This document shows, one piece after another, positions 13,454 to 25,432 of a stretch of 36,353 nt of DNA. Source of the DNA: Trichinella spiralis (lineage: Eukaryota); the NCBI RefSeq assembly GCF_000181795.1, contig NW_003526941.1:3931348-3967700 (forward strand). The letters are read 5' to 3'. The notes beneath the pieces are model-generated. The model was given only the letters and a program-made list of their open reading frames with translations. It ran no database searches and was not told the DNA's origin. Every line of letters starts with the position of its first letter. The stretch's first letter is position 1. Made by a program: the position numbers and the translations under genes.

Positions 13454-14803
13454 TCACACCCAATCAACTTGTTGACGATTGTTGTGATTCTTTGGCTTAC
13501 GATAATTTCCATTTTCCATTCCATTCCAGTAGTAATAATCGTAATGGAAATTTTTGTTGCTGTTGGTTTGTGTTCTCGTCGAATTATCGTTCAACTCTAA
13601 GCACAATGCCTGCAGCATGGTGTTGGAATAGGTCGGCGGTGGACTGCCGGTGCTCAACCCTGCCTTGCCGTCGTCGTCGTCGTCGTCGTCATCAACGCTC
13701 GTCATCATCCCTCGGACATGCTTGTAACAGGGTGGTGGACCGTTGTTGACCGACGACGACAAGTCGAAATTATCACCTTTGCACCGTTGCTGATCGTGAT
13801 GTCGACGTCGTTGTTGACAATATATTGCTTCTTGAAATGAAAAGAAAAATTAAACAAACACACAATTGGACGAATATATTAAATCAATTTAAAAACTTAC
13901 TTTCCAACTTTTGGCAGTTTTTCTCTTGCAAAGTAGCGGTAAGTGTACGAATCACTTGACGAATTCTTCCTGCAAATGTATGCAAAACAACTGCTTTTAT
14001 TTGCCTACACATCGTTAGATGTGAATGAAAGAAAATATTTGATTCGTATTAAAAAAAAGATGAGAAGCTAATTTATCACGAGCATATCTTCTTATATTGG
14101 AAATTGAAATTCAAAACGTGTGAGGAATTCCTTTCAACTTCTTCAATTAAGTAGGTTTTATTCAATTTTACAAAAACAACCTATTTATCAGAAGCATACT
14201 GTATGAGGAATTTCTGAGCATCGATCGACTTTTACATATTGATCGGCTTAGCATCATCGCTCGTAATATGCGATTGATTTTTGACAATACATTCTTCGAC
14301 AACTGATAGACTAGAGTGGAAGTTTGAAATATGAAGAAATCAACGCAACTCACTCATCTCCGTCATTCGGTCCGTTTCCCACTGACGACATTTTTTAATT
14401 CCAATCAACATGCTGACAACAAGCACAATACAGGCTGCTATTGTTGGTAGAACGATTGTGGTAACGACTGAGAAATTCGGCACACGGTATTGAGCTTGGG
14501 CATGAGTCACTTGAATAAGCATGAATAACAATAACAAATTCAGCATGTTACGCAGAAAAAAAAACAGTGGAAGATTTTTACTGTGAGAACAACGGAAAAA
14601 GCAAACTCACTGGCTTTGTAACAGTGGAGCTCGTCGCTACCATCTGGACACTGCTCAACTCCGTCGCAACGTTTCACCAAACTTTCTTCAATACAATCAC
14701 CGTTGTGACAGCGGAAGAAATTATCATAAGCACATAAGTCTGGAAAATGGACGACAATCAGAGAAGCAGAATATTGAAATGGAATTTCAAAGGCAAACTA
14801 ATA

Positions 14804-14838
<35 letters not shown>

Positions 14839-14947
14839 TAATCAAGATAATCAAAGCAACTAGCGACACAGAAACGAACAAAGGAAAAAGCTACGTTTGT
14901 GCGGCTTTCGTTCGCTGCTTACCGACGTGAAGTGAAATTGTGTTCAT
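13454..14947 (-). CDS. LDL-receptor class A domain single-pass membrane protein with cytoplasmic PPxY motifs (LDLRAD3/4-like), ~251 aa; exons 14947-14923, 14739-14611, 14509-14354, 13969-13901, 13830-13454
   Basis: Exon 14739-14611 (not in the ORF track) reads [39 protein letters not shown], an LDLa module. TM helix [24 protein letters not shown] followed by KK. The tail has PPPCY and PPPTY. All four introns are phase 1, GT..AG. Confidence 0.8.
14799..14838. repeat. (TAA)n intronic microsatellite
   Basis: About 13 taa units with one tag interruption. Confidence 0.85.
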
Positions 14948-15923
14948 TGGTCTGGCCTGGAACTGGAGATGATGATCGATTTGTCAATTTTTCACCGTTG
15001 TCTGGTTGAACAAATTGCCATTTCTCTCAAATAGCCTCAACGCATTCTCTGCACACGTCGAAACGCGGTTAACATTATTCATGCAAATTTCACGGCTCTC
15101 AATTGTAAAGTCAACGAATGCTTCGACAATACACAATTGAACTTGTAGATGGTTCTTTTCTCTCTCTCTCTCTGTTTTTTGTCGTTTTTCAACTTTTGCA
15201 AAATCCAAAAAAGCAAAAATAAACTTGGTTCAATGCTTGGTGGTGGTGCAGAAGCAAAATTATTTATGAATGATTGACAATTAATAATTTTATGCAGATT
15301 TATCCATCCAATCGCGACGTTCCTAATTGCATTATCGAAACTGATATGACCAGTTGCTAGCGGAACAATTTCAACAACAAATCGTTGTTCATTCAGACAA
15401 TATTGTCATCATTGGTCGGCCGGCAGTTGGAAATTCAAACAGATAAACATATATCGATTGCTTTCATTTGTCGACTTTTAATTCTTCGTATCGTACAGTA
15501 TGATTTTCACGTTGTTTTTTTTCCCTATTTTATTACCTTTTTCTTCGGTAAAATTTATTATTTTTGACGCAAATGTTTTTTTACTAAGATATTTTAAACA
15601 AAATTATCGAAAGTAAAATTCTAAATTTCCAGTTGCTGAAAGATGAACTATAATATCGATGTTGATTTGTTTTTTATTATTTTAAATCAATTTTCAATAT
15701 TTATTTTGTCGAAACAATATTATATTTATCAATTTTGCATTCGAACTGATCATTGGAATGCAATCGAACCGTTTAGTTTGAATTAAGTAATGTTCGAAAT
15801 TTGAAGGAATTTTGTTTAGAAATTTTAAAATTTCTGTATTATATTAAATTTGCAATATTATTCTGCTTATTTTTATTTGAATTGTTAAATTTATCACAGT
15901 ATGACTGAGGACCTTTATCATCC

Positions 15924-16112
15924 ATGATTAGTACTGTATGTTGGTAGAGTGAAAATTGCTTTGAAATTTAACATTTTATGTTCTTGCAGAGCATTCGAAA
16001 ATTCAAGTGGGCTATTCTATTTCCGTTTGCAAGCGGCGGATTGATATATCTTGACTGGAATCGCACAAAAAAATTCAAACAAAACAATAAGCTGAAATCG
16101 ATTGCCAACTGA
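15924..16112 (+). CDS. 44-aa single-TM micropeptide (upstream ORF of the NDUFB1-like gene); exons 15924-15935 and 15990-16112
   Basis: ATG ATT AGT ACT|gtatgt...ttcttgcag|AGC ATT CGA... gives MISTSIRKFKWAILFPFASGGLIYLDWNRTKKFKQNNKLKSIAN*. The 54-nt phase-0 intron is canonical, and the layout is basic-hydrophobic-basic. Confidence 0.65.
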
Positions 16113-16127
16113 AATTTCACTTATAAC

Positions 16128-16400
16128 ATGGCGACATTTTCTTTTTCATATTTCATGAAAAATTTTATAGACAATCAAAAACGATTCATACCGGCAGTTG
16201 GTGTCTCAATATTTATAAGTAAGCTTTTTTTTGATAGGAAGTTGTGTTTGATGAAATTAAGCAGTATAGTTTGATTGTTCATTTTTGCAGTCTACTGCTA
16301 CTGGACACACTGGGAAACGATCTTATCAGGTTATAAGAACAAATCAGGGCTGATGGCAAAAAAGAATATTCCGAATGGTGTAGATCCTTGGAAGTGGTGA
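16128..16400 (+). CDS. NDUFB1: NADH:ubiquinone oxidoreductase subunit B1 (MNLL)-like, 66 aa; exons 16128-16218 and 16291-16400
   Basis: Spliced product MATFSFSYFMKNFIDNQKRFIPAVGVSIFIIYCYWTHWETILSGYKNKSGLMAKKNIPNGVDPWKW*. A single TM is followed by LSGYKNKSGLM...PWK, resembling the NDUFB1 pattern L.(F/Y)(R/K)NKS.L.....W. Strong gtaagc / tttttgcag intron. Confidence 0.75.
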
Positions 16401-17324
16401 AACTGCTGAATCAGCGTCAGTAATTTGATGAAATTGAAATATTGTCATATATTTTGAAAAAAATAAATTTTTTCTTTTGATATTTTCAAAAATTTTTGGC
16501 ACTGCTTTTACACGGATGAAATCCATTTTTTTCAAGTTGTAATTACAATTATTTATGCGCAGTTTTTGCAACTTTTTAGGTTCAACAATTTTTACAACAT
16601 TCATATCAAGCCGAAAAAACGTAACATTGTGTCAATTTTCAACTTTCAACGAACATGACTTTTTATTTGGTTAGTAAAAAAGACAGATGCGCACATTTTT
16701 GCACACATTTGTTTGTTGCATGACAAATGCACGATTGGTTGGCATGTTGAAAAATTAACATTTTAATTATTTTCTTTTTTTATCATTTTATTCAATTTAT
16801 AGTTATAGTGGCACTTTCATGCGTATTTCGAAATGATTTATTTTGTAATCAGTTTTTGCTTAGTTTATTTTCAGAAATCTGACAGTAAACGAGCAATACG
16901 ATAATTTGAAATGTTGATATTCACGATTTATTGCTTACTGTATCAGTAAGTGTGAGTTGGAATGGGACTTTGTGTATAATGGAATGTGGAAATGCTTTAT
17001 AATAAAATGACAATGTTCAATTTCAAAGAAACCGCTTTTTTCTAATTAAGCATTAAATGGAAAAAAATCTTAAAAAACGTTTTAACATTATTTTATGCAT
17101 GTATTATTTATTTTTCATTAATATGGGCTACATTGAACAGAATGACAGTAAATCTGTAGGCCAGTTTGCTTTTTCAAATAATAATGGGATTTACTCGAAA
17201 ATTGATTATGTATTTTGAGCAAACCTTTCAACGCTGAACATATCAGCAGAATTATAATTAAAAAATGAAAAAGATGAAGTTTTTTATTTTAATTTTTTCA
17301 AATTTTGTTCATAAATAACCATAG

Positions 17325-19220
17325 ATGTCAAGCGGTTCGGTTAAGTTGGAATATTTTTCAAAAATATGCAAAAATATGCGCAGAACGTTCGCAGTGTTGT
17401 CCAATGGTGGACTGAAAAGAAATGGAACAGTGGGAGAGGTGAAATTTGACGATTCAAAAATCGCGTTCGGTCATAAAACGAAAATACAATTGTTGCGTTC
17501 AATGGCCGTACTGAAGCTCTGCTCGACGAAAATGGTGCTCGACCGTGGCGAGGATTTATTCAAAATTTTGAGATGGACTTTCGGGGACCATATTTCCAAC
17601 AGTCTGATGAAGGCGACATTTTATGGCCACTTTGTGGCCGGTGAAAATTTGCATGACGCCGTCGAAACCGTGAAGCGATTGAAGGCGAAAAATGTGCGAT
17701 CACTTTTGGACTACTGCTTTGAACAGACGCTCGACAATGATTCGGGTATTTTTTTTCTTTTTGATTGCTGTTTAATTAATTGTTTTTTTCAGTTGAAGTT
17801 TTACATTTTTGTAAAATTTTATTCTGCTTTTTCTTCTTCAAATGAGAAGTGGACATAAACAAATTTTACAGACGGAAGCGTTGAAGAGTGCACGTTGAAG
17901 ACGTTGATCGGCTGCATTGACGCGTTGGCCAGTTTGAACGATCCACTGCAAATGGTCGCCATCAAGCTCACGTCGCTCGGTTGTCCCAAGATGCTTTTGA
18001 CGCTGAGCGACAGTTGGACTCGGACGCTGACCATGGTCGAACGTACAACTGGACTTCCGTGGGAAAATCTGTTGGTATCACCAATCGCCGCTGACAAATT
18101 CAACCTCAACAACCCTAATAACAATAATCTCAGATGCGGAGACCACCAGTTGACAGTATGCATAAATTTGTTTATCAATTATTAATTATTGTTACAATGT
18201 TTTATGTATTCAGGCAGAGTTGTACAACAAGTGGTTGGATAATTTGCGCAAAACTGACGACGGTTCGGTCGACTTCTACCCGTACGGTATATTGGACCGA
18301 GTCGACGCTTGGAAATGCATCAAGCGGATGATGCTAGCAGATTGCGGTATGTTGGACGATGAAAATTTGCAATGGAAATACGAAGCTATGGTCAGACGGT
18401 TGAATGAAATTGTCGACCACGCAGTGAGGAGAAATGTTCGCGTTGTCGTCGACGCGGAACAGTCGTATTTTTTGCCAATGACGAACATTTTGTCGTTGGA
18501 ATTGATGAGGAAATATTGCAAGAACGAACCGGTCGTGTTCATCACTTATCAAGCTTATTTGAAGCAAGCTAACAAGCTGGTCGCCAACGCCCTTCAGTTG
18601 GCCAGACGCTGGCAATGCGTGATCGGCACGAAACTTGTACGCGGTGCTTACATGGAGCACGAAAGGCAACGTGCCCGACTGCTCGGCTACCCCAGTCCAA
18701 TAAACGACACTTACGATCTCACGAATGAAACTTATGATAATATTCTTGATCTGTTGATCAAGGTTCGAAAAAAACGCATAATTTTAATTCAACTGTTTTT
18801 TTATATTATTATTGTTTATTGATAATTTTAATTTTGTTTTTTTTGTTATTTTTGAAGGAGATTAGCTCGCGTCAAATTGGCAAAGTGCATCTAATTTGCG
18901 CCACTCACAACGAACAATCTGTCAAACATTTGTTGGCCAATTTGAAAAGCTTGCAACTCCATTCCACTCGACCAACATCCAAATGGGCCGACAATATTTC
19001 GTTTGGTCAATTGTACGGCATGTGCGATCAGATTTCCTTTCCACTAGCTGACGCCGGATTTTTGGTTTACAAGTATTTACCGTTTGGTCCAGTGGGCGAA
19101 GTGTTGCCTTACTTGTTGCGCAGGGCCCAAGAGAACAGTGGCGTTATGGAAAAAACCCAATTTGAATACAATTTAATGAAGCACGAATTAAAACGGCGCT
19201 TATTGTTTTTTCACTTTTAA
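17325..19220 (+). CDS. PRODH: Mitochondrial proline dehydrogenase, ~538 aa; exons 17325-17745, 17872-18155, 18214-18762, 18858-19220
   Basis: Motifs MKATFYGHFVAGE, AIKLTSLG, VDAEQSYF, YQAYLK, GTKLVRGAYMEHER, ATHNEQSV, FGQLYGMCD and VYKYLPFGPVGEVLPYLLRRAQEN. Three phase-consistent GT..AG introns. Confidence 0.95.
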
Positions 19221-20598
19221 AAATTGAAAAAAAACCTTTTCTCCTTTCCTTATTCCAGTAGGTTATATTTTATTTTTTAAATATCACGTGATTTAAATCA
19301 ATATTTTTTTATTTGTAATTTTCGTTTCATATTTTTTGATTGTAGAATAAAATTGATTAATTTTACGACAATTGAAAGCAGTTCCGTATTCGAACAGTTA
19401 AATTTGTACGTTCGATTCAAGAAAAGCTACAGCAAGGCGGCTTGTTGACTAGCTGACTGGTTGGCTGTCTCGTTGCCTATAGGCTGTTCATCTGACCTTC
19501 ACTTGTACAGAACGACCAATCACCGTACGCAACGTTGAGCGTTTGCGAAAATTCATCTAATCCCACTTGAATCCAGTGGAACAACGAGTCTAGTCTAGGC
19601 ATATTGTCATGCAAATTGAACGAAAAGCAAGAAAAACACGTAATAGCTTCATTTGTTTGTTTGTTGTTTTTTAATTCGCGTCTCCAATCCATATTTTCGC
19701 TTCATCTGTATGTTTCGTCTATTATTTTACGAATTTGTTTATTAGCTTTTTATTTTAAAATTTTTATAATTTTTTAGCTTGGTTTGGTAAAGTTGTAAAA
19801 TTCTGTAAAAATGTAAATTAATCTGTAAAAGTTCTTACGCTTCATTTTTACATTTAACAAATTTTGATAACATTGACGTAAACATTAGTACAAATGCAGC
19901 GGCACAGGTTGTAAAATGTTTTCGCCATTTCCTTGAATTTTCTTCTTCATTTTGACGAACGATCAAGCTTGTTGCTTATGTTAATGCGATTTGTTGTTTT
20001 TGAAAATAATTTCAAATTTATTATATTTTTTTCAAAATATTTCCATAATCCTTTGTTTATGTATGTCGGTATTTTAATTCGTAATTGTTATGAGCCTGTT
20101 GTTCTATTTCATCATCATCTTCTTCTTCGTATTCATCTTCTTGTTTTGTCGAAGAATATTGATTTTCTTGGTTGCTTATTGCTTTAAAGTGGAGCAGCTA
20201 GCCCCGGTAACGGAGATTTTGCACACGCCAACAGTGGCGACCCGACTGCATGACTGCTCGCGTATTTAAGCAAGTCGCGCTCATATTCGGCGTCTGTCTT
20301 TCGAGCTGACGTTGCGGCGACGAGTTGTCTGTTTTCTCTCTCTCTCTCTTACAATTATTATAATTTGTTTTTTGATTCAACTTCAACCAGCGCTTTCATA
20401 TTTTTCCCCCTTACATTTTTATTTCTATTCTTCGTATATATTATTTTTTGATAAAAATTTCATTTTTCATCAGTTTATTTCTTTTTCTCTTCGCATTTAT
20501 CGCAATTTTCACCTCATCGAAAAATTTTATCATTCTTATTCTATTCATATTTTCATTGTAAATTTTGTAATATTTTTAGTTCTATTTGTTGGTTGAAA

Positions 20599-22305
20599 AT
20601 GGAAAACGTTCCCAAAGAAAGTAAGGCCAACGTTGAAAACGATGATGATAGCGACAGTTCAGCAGTGACAGCGATAATTGACGACGATTTAGCAACCTCT
20701 GATGACGACAGTGAAATTATTGGACTAAACAAGGTAAACTTCCTTTTTTAAGAAAAAATTACTTCATTTTTTGAAAATCTTTTATTTATTCGACAAATTA
20801 TTGATTATTATGTAATATTTCAGTATTTGAAAAAAAGAATTCATAACTGTTGTCGACGCACAACCTTGTTTTAAGCTGAAATCCACTTATCCGTTTACGT
20901 GTGCACTCGCTTGCATACAGTATGAAGGTTGTTGTTATCATCAACAACTGTTTTCTGAGCAATTAATTCAATTTTTATTTTTCACCAATCATGTTTTTAA
21001 AAGCACGTTTAATAATGATAACGCATGGGTTTTTTTTTGTTTTATCACATTTTATAGAGAATATGGTTCTTTGAAGCATAATGTTTTCTTATTATTAAGG
21101 CTGAGAAAGAGATTCCAGTCTGTGGCAATGATAACGAGCAATTTTCGTCAGACTCTCTGGCACAGTGTCCTTTGCATCCGATCTCTTTGGAATGTGATGA
21201 AACAAAAACTGGCACCGAAAGTGAAGAAACCTCGAGGGTTTAATATATTTTTTATTTATTCATTTTTTCAGTTATTTTTTTAAATAATCCTCTCGTTGGA
21301 GAGGTTAATTTAAATTTAATTTAATTTAATGTTTACTGGACATGCATATCATATAATTAGTATATGTGATATATTATAAATTGGATCTTTGAGATATTTA
21401 TTATTTAGCTTTGAAAATTTATTCATTCATCTAGTTGGGTGAAATCTTCGAGCAGAAGGGGTACCGCAGAAAGTGTAGATAAAATAAGTTTTCAATGAAA
21501 ATTTGCCTATGTTGCATTATTTCAGTTTTATTTTGATCATAATTAAATCTGACCAAATATAAATGATATGCAATTATCATTGCACTGATGGGTAATAATA
21601 TTCTGCTGTGGATGAATTTTATGTTTGGTCTTCAGTGTTATACAAATGTAAAAGAAGTATCAGAATTTGGGAAGATGATCACTACTTCAGCGATAATTTT
21701 CATTGCGTTTAGTAATTGATAATTTAAAAAAAGTCTAATTGTATTTAAATGTAGCATTAAATAAACTAAATTGTATAATTCTCGTTCTTTTGTTTTTAAG
21801 TTTCATTTTTACATTTAGCAAATTATGATAACATTATAAGCGTTATTAGAAATACATGATAGACAAGTTTAGGAAGATGACCGTAATTTATGTATTTAGT
21901 AATTATTATTCGACTGAAAAATTGATTATTATGTGAATATAAATAAAAATATCACATATTCAGTATGGAATATTCGTTACTTTTCTGTATTTTAATTTTC
22001 TTAACGTTGTGCTAATTTTATTTAAAACTGAAATATTTTAGCTCATAGAAGGATTGCTTGACAAGTATCCCACCTTAGGCGAATGTTCATTGGTTTCTGT
22101 GTGCCAAACTGAACGTGAAGTGGCTTTACTAGAAGACAGTTTAAACATTTCCGGATCTGTTTGGCGGAATGATGCCAATGAAATTCAATGGGTTGAAGAT
22201 GCAAACGAAGTAATGGAATTTTTAGAGATGTTGGGTGTTTCACGTTCAGATGAGCAATTACCAGAATTATCTGTTGAGGAAATTGAAATGTTCCTGAATG
22301 AATAA
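20599..22305 (+). CDS. Hypothetical acidic protein, ~178 aa; exons 20599-20733, 21100-21237, 22042-22305
   Basis: Three GC-richer, D/E-rich open blocks (MENVPKESKANVENDDDSDSS..., AEKEIPVCGNDNEQFSSD..., LIEGLLDKYPTLGECSLV...EEIEMFLNE*) join through phase-0 GT..AG introns. No family recognised. Confidence 0.55.
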
Positions 22306-24352
22306 ATGTTGAAACATTCAAGTTTTAACATTTTTAGATCTGATTTCTAGATACATAAATATATTGTAATATAATATGATATATGCATATGTTGAGCTGC
22401 AGTGATAGAATGAAATGGTACATCATGATATTTTATATCTTTGCAGAACAGAATTTCTTTCCCATTTTTCACATATAGCTTCAACAGAAAATGAAAATTT
22501 CCATCGATGTGCCACAAATGTCGAAAGAAATTTCATCTGTTCATTGTTGTAATAATTAAACGAGTTTGTTATTTGCAATATTTTTTCCACGCGTGCATTC
22601 TTATTTCGACTGGTTGAAATGAATTAATTATCATAATCAATATTGTATTTACAAATATTAAACGTAAAATCTTCAAAATTGAAAACTTGTTATTGAAAAA
22701 TTGAAAATACGCTTTTGCATATATTTCAATTTACTAAGATAAATGATTTAATATTATAAATGTATCTTTAGACTTTCGACTTCTTCAACGATAGATTAAC
22801 CCCAGGTTGCAGGTTACATTCTGTCTCAGAATAAGATAAACAAGTAAAAAGCCGGTAGGTAATTATAATTTACTGATTTTCGTTTACGGCATTGTATCTT
22901 CGTGCGCCCTCAACTCAAATTAACCTCTTCAATTTCCTTAAAATTGAACAGGATGTCTGTATGCAAATGTTCAGGTTAAAAGCTTTCATTATCCAAGAAT
23001 AAGAAAACACGTGACCACGTTGTCAGCTACCGTAAACCAAAATCAGGCAATAACATTTTACTGTATACCAAATCAGCACGACGAAAAATCCATGTAACAT
23101 CAAAAAACAACATCAACATCAAAACATAAATCAACCAATCAAAACATCAAACATCAAAACAAAAATAAAAAACCACTAGAAAAACCAAAAACCAGAAACC
23201 ATTTCAAAACTGAAAATAAAATTTAAAAACATATTGTTTTTTTAAATTTTACAATACACAGAATTTTCCATTATTATCATGTACTGCAGCAAGTAGAATA
23301 TATTTTTCTCTTCATTAATTTATGTGAATAATTTTTTGATGATATGCTTGTGCATTGTATTCAAATTCAGTTGACGCCCTATTCATATTTTAATAGAATA
23401 ATAACATCATTCTTCTGTTTATATTGTTGATGTCATTGTTACAGAAACATTAACTTCAACATTTATGACGCAATTGCATCAGTCTCTAAAACATCAGAAT
23501 CAGAAATAGACATAGCAAAACAAACGACTAAAATTTGGAAAAGAAAAATATTATTTTCAAATTAAGTTAAAGTATACTGCGAAAACAAAATCATTGAAAT
23601 ATAACTAATAATTAAAAATTCCGTAATTACAGTATGCTGATTGCCAAATCACCGATAAAAAGTGTTCCCAATAAATGACCAATCAGAGAAAGGCAAATGT
23701 TTTAAACATGAACAATATTTCATTTGAGTTATTTTACATCAATTGCTGCGGTGCGAGACAGGAGTGCTGGTAAATCAAACTGTATCAAGGTAAAAATTTA
23801 ATATTAAAACATTTTTATGCTATTTTCCTGTGAATGGATGTATATTTAAGTAGTTAAGCATTTTTTGTTTTTAATAGGCACAAAAATTGAAAAACTTGGA
23901 AACAGAATTTTCACGTATATGTAGTTCAACGTTGAGATCTATCAAAAAATGATATTCCAATTTGTTGTTAGCTCAGGCGTGTAGATATAGCTGTGGAATA
24001 GGTTCCATTTTTCAATTTGCACTTGCGTTTGGCATTAAATTTCATTGTGAACAGAACAAGTCGAATATCTCTAAGCAGGTACTGTTTTCTATTAGCTAAT
24101 CGTAGAGTTTTCTATTATGTAAATTGTGAAAAAATTCTTGTTCATACTGAAAGTTATTTATCTTTATCAGCACTTTATATTATACTTTTAAAATTTAGAT
24201 CATTAGAGGCATTTGGCAAATTACTTTTTTGCCTGATTAATTTTGTCAGCTCGCGCAGTTAGTATACTACTATTTTCGTGAAAACCTTCCTGCGATGAGA
24301 TCTATTTATGAATGTCAGTTTTGAATTTTAAAATCTCAAATTCAGATATGCG

Positions 24353-25432
24353 AAAGCATGTTTTGCTTAAATCAATATTCTTGTTATGGCGTTTGCATCA
24401 TATAGTTTATATTTTGATTGAATTCTAAATGTCAAGGTCATTTCTGAATTTTCATACATCTTCATCGCTACAATGTTGCAGTTCATTTCTTCTGTTTGTA
24501 TTATATCACGGCTTAAGTTAGAATCTCCAATGCACTAAAAACCGGTTTGTAACGCTGCACTATGCAAATATCGATCGACATAACGCTGCTTTATCATAAA
24601 TAAAGGTTCGCTTGTTTGTTTCACGTACGTGGCAATTGGTAGCGTTGCAAAACGTTCTTTGAGTTCATTATGGCGTTGAGTTGCCGCTGAATTCTGAAAT
24701 TATTATGTTTTATTGAAATTGAATTATTGAAAAAATATTCCATTTTTCTACGTGTGTCAGAAATTTTAGATAATTAACTTTTAATTGGAAAGATGTTACT
24801 TATTACATTTGTTGATTTGACATTCCTTAGTTTATTTAAATAATCTAAGTTTGTAGTATTTAATATATAAGTAGGATATTTTTTGCTGTAAAACTGTACA
24901 TTTGGTTTTTCATATTATGTTACGATTTGGTTAGAGCATTTGCTTAGATTTGATTTCGTTTGGTTAGTTTTGGCAAAGCAGCAAAATAATTTTCTTGTTA
25001 TGGTGTTTTTCCACAGATAGTTTATATTTTGACTGAATTTGAAATACCAAGGTCATTTCTGAATTTTTGAATAGTGAATTAACTGTGCATTTGAAGTCTT
25101 TCTCTAAGCAAATTGAAATGAATTCCATTTAATATTGCGCATTTGATGTATTAACGGTTCGCTTTGCATTAATTTTCAATGTTCCTAATTTCTCAGCTTT
25201 AGGTTAGAATTACTTCCTCATCTTGAAAGTTTTCCAATCCACTAAAACTGATTTCTAGCGCTGCATTATGCAAATAACGATCAATAGAAAATTGCATGAT
25301 CATCAGTGACTATGAACTTGCCTGTTTAACTTCGGTGGCAAGTGGAAAAGTTGTCAAACGTTCTCTTTTTCTGTTTTGTCGTTAAGTAATTACTGAAGTA
25401 AGCTTTTCATTATTGAAAGTATTCCATTTTCT
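24353..25432 (-). pseudogene. Diverged tandem duplication (~24353-24750 and ~24976-25432) with remnant minus-strand coding character
   Basis: Shared anchors CAAGGTCATTTCTGAATTTT, GCTGCAYTATGCAAATA and AAACGTTCT. Minus-strand translations align (ERFATLPIAT..DRYLHSAAL vs ERLTTFPLAT..DRYLHNAAL) but contain a frameshift or stops. Confidence 0.5.

Noticed and set aside
19420..19625. GC-balanced island after PRODH as a possible ncRNA
   Set aside because: No tRNA, snoRNA or snRNA motifs and no convincing hairpin seen by eye. An Rfam scan would be needed.
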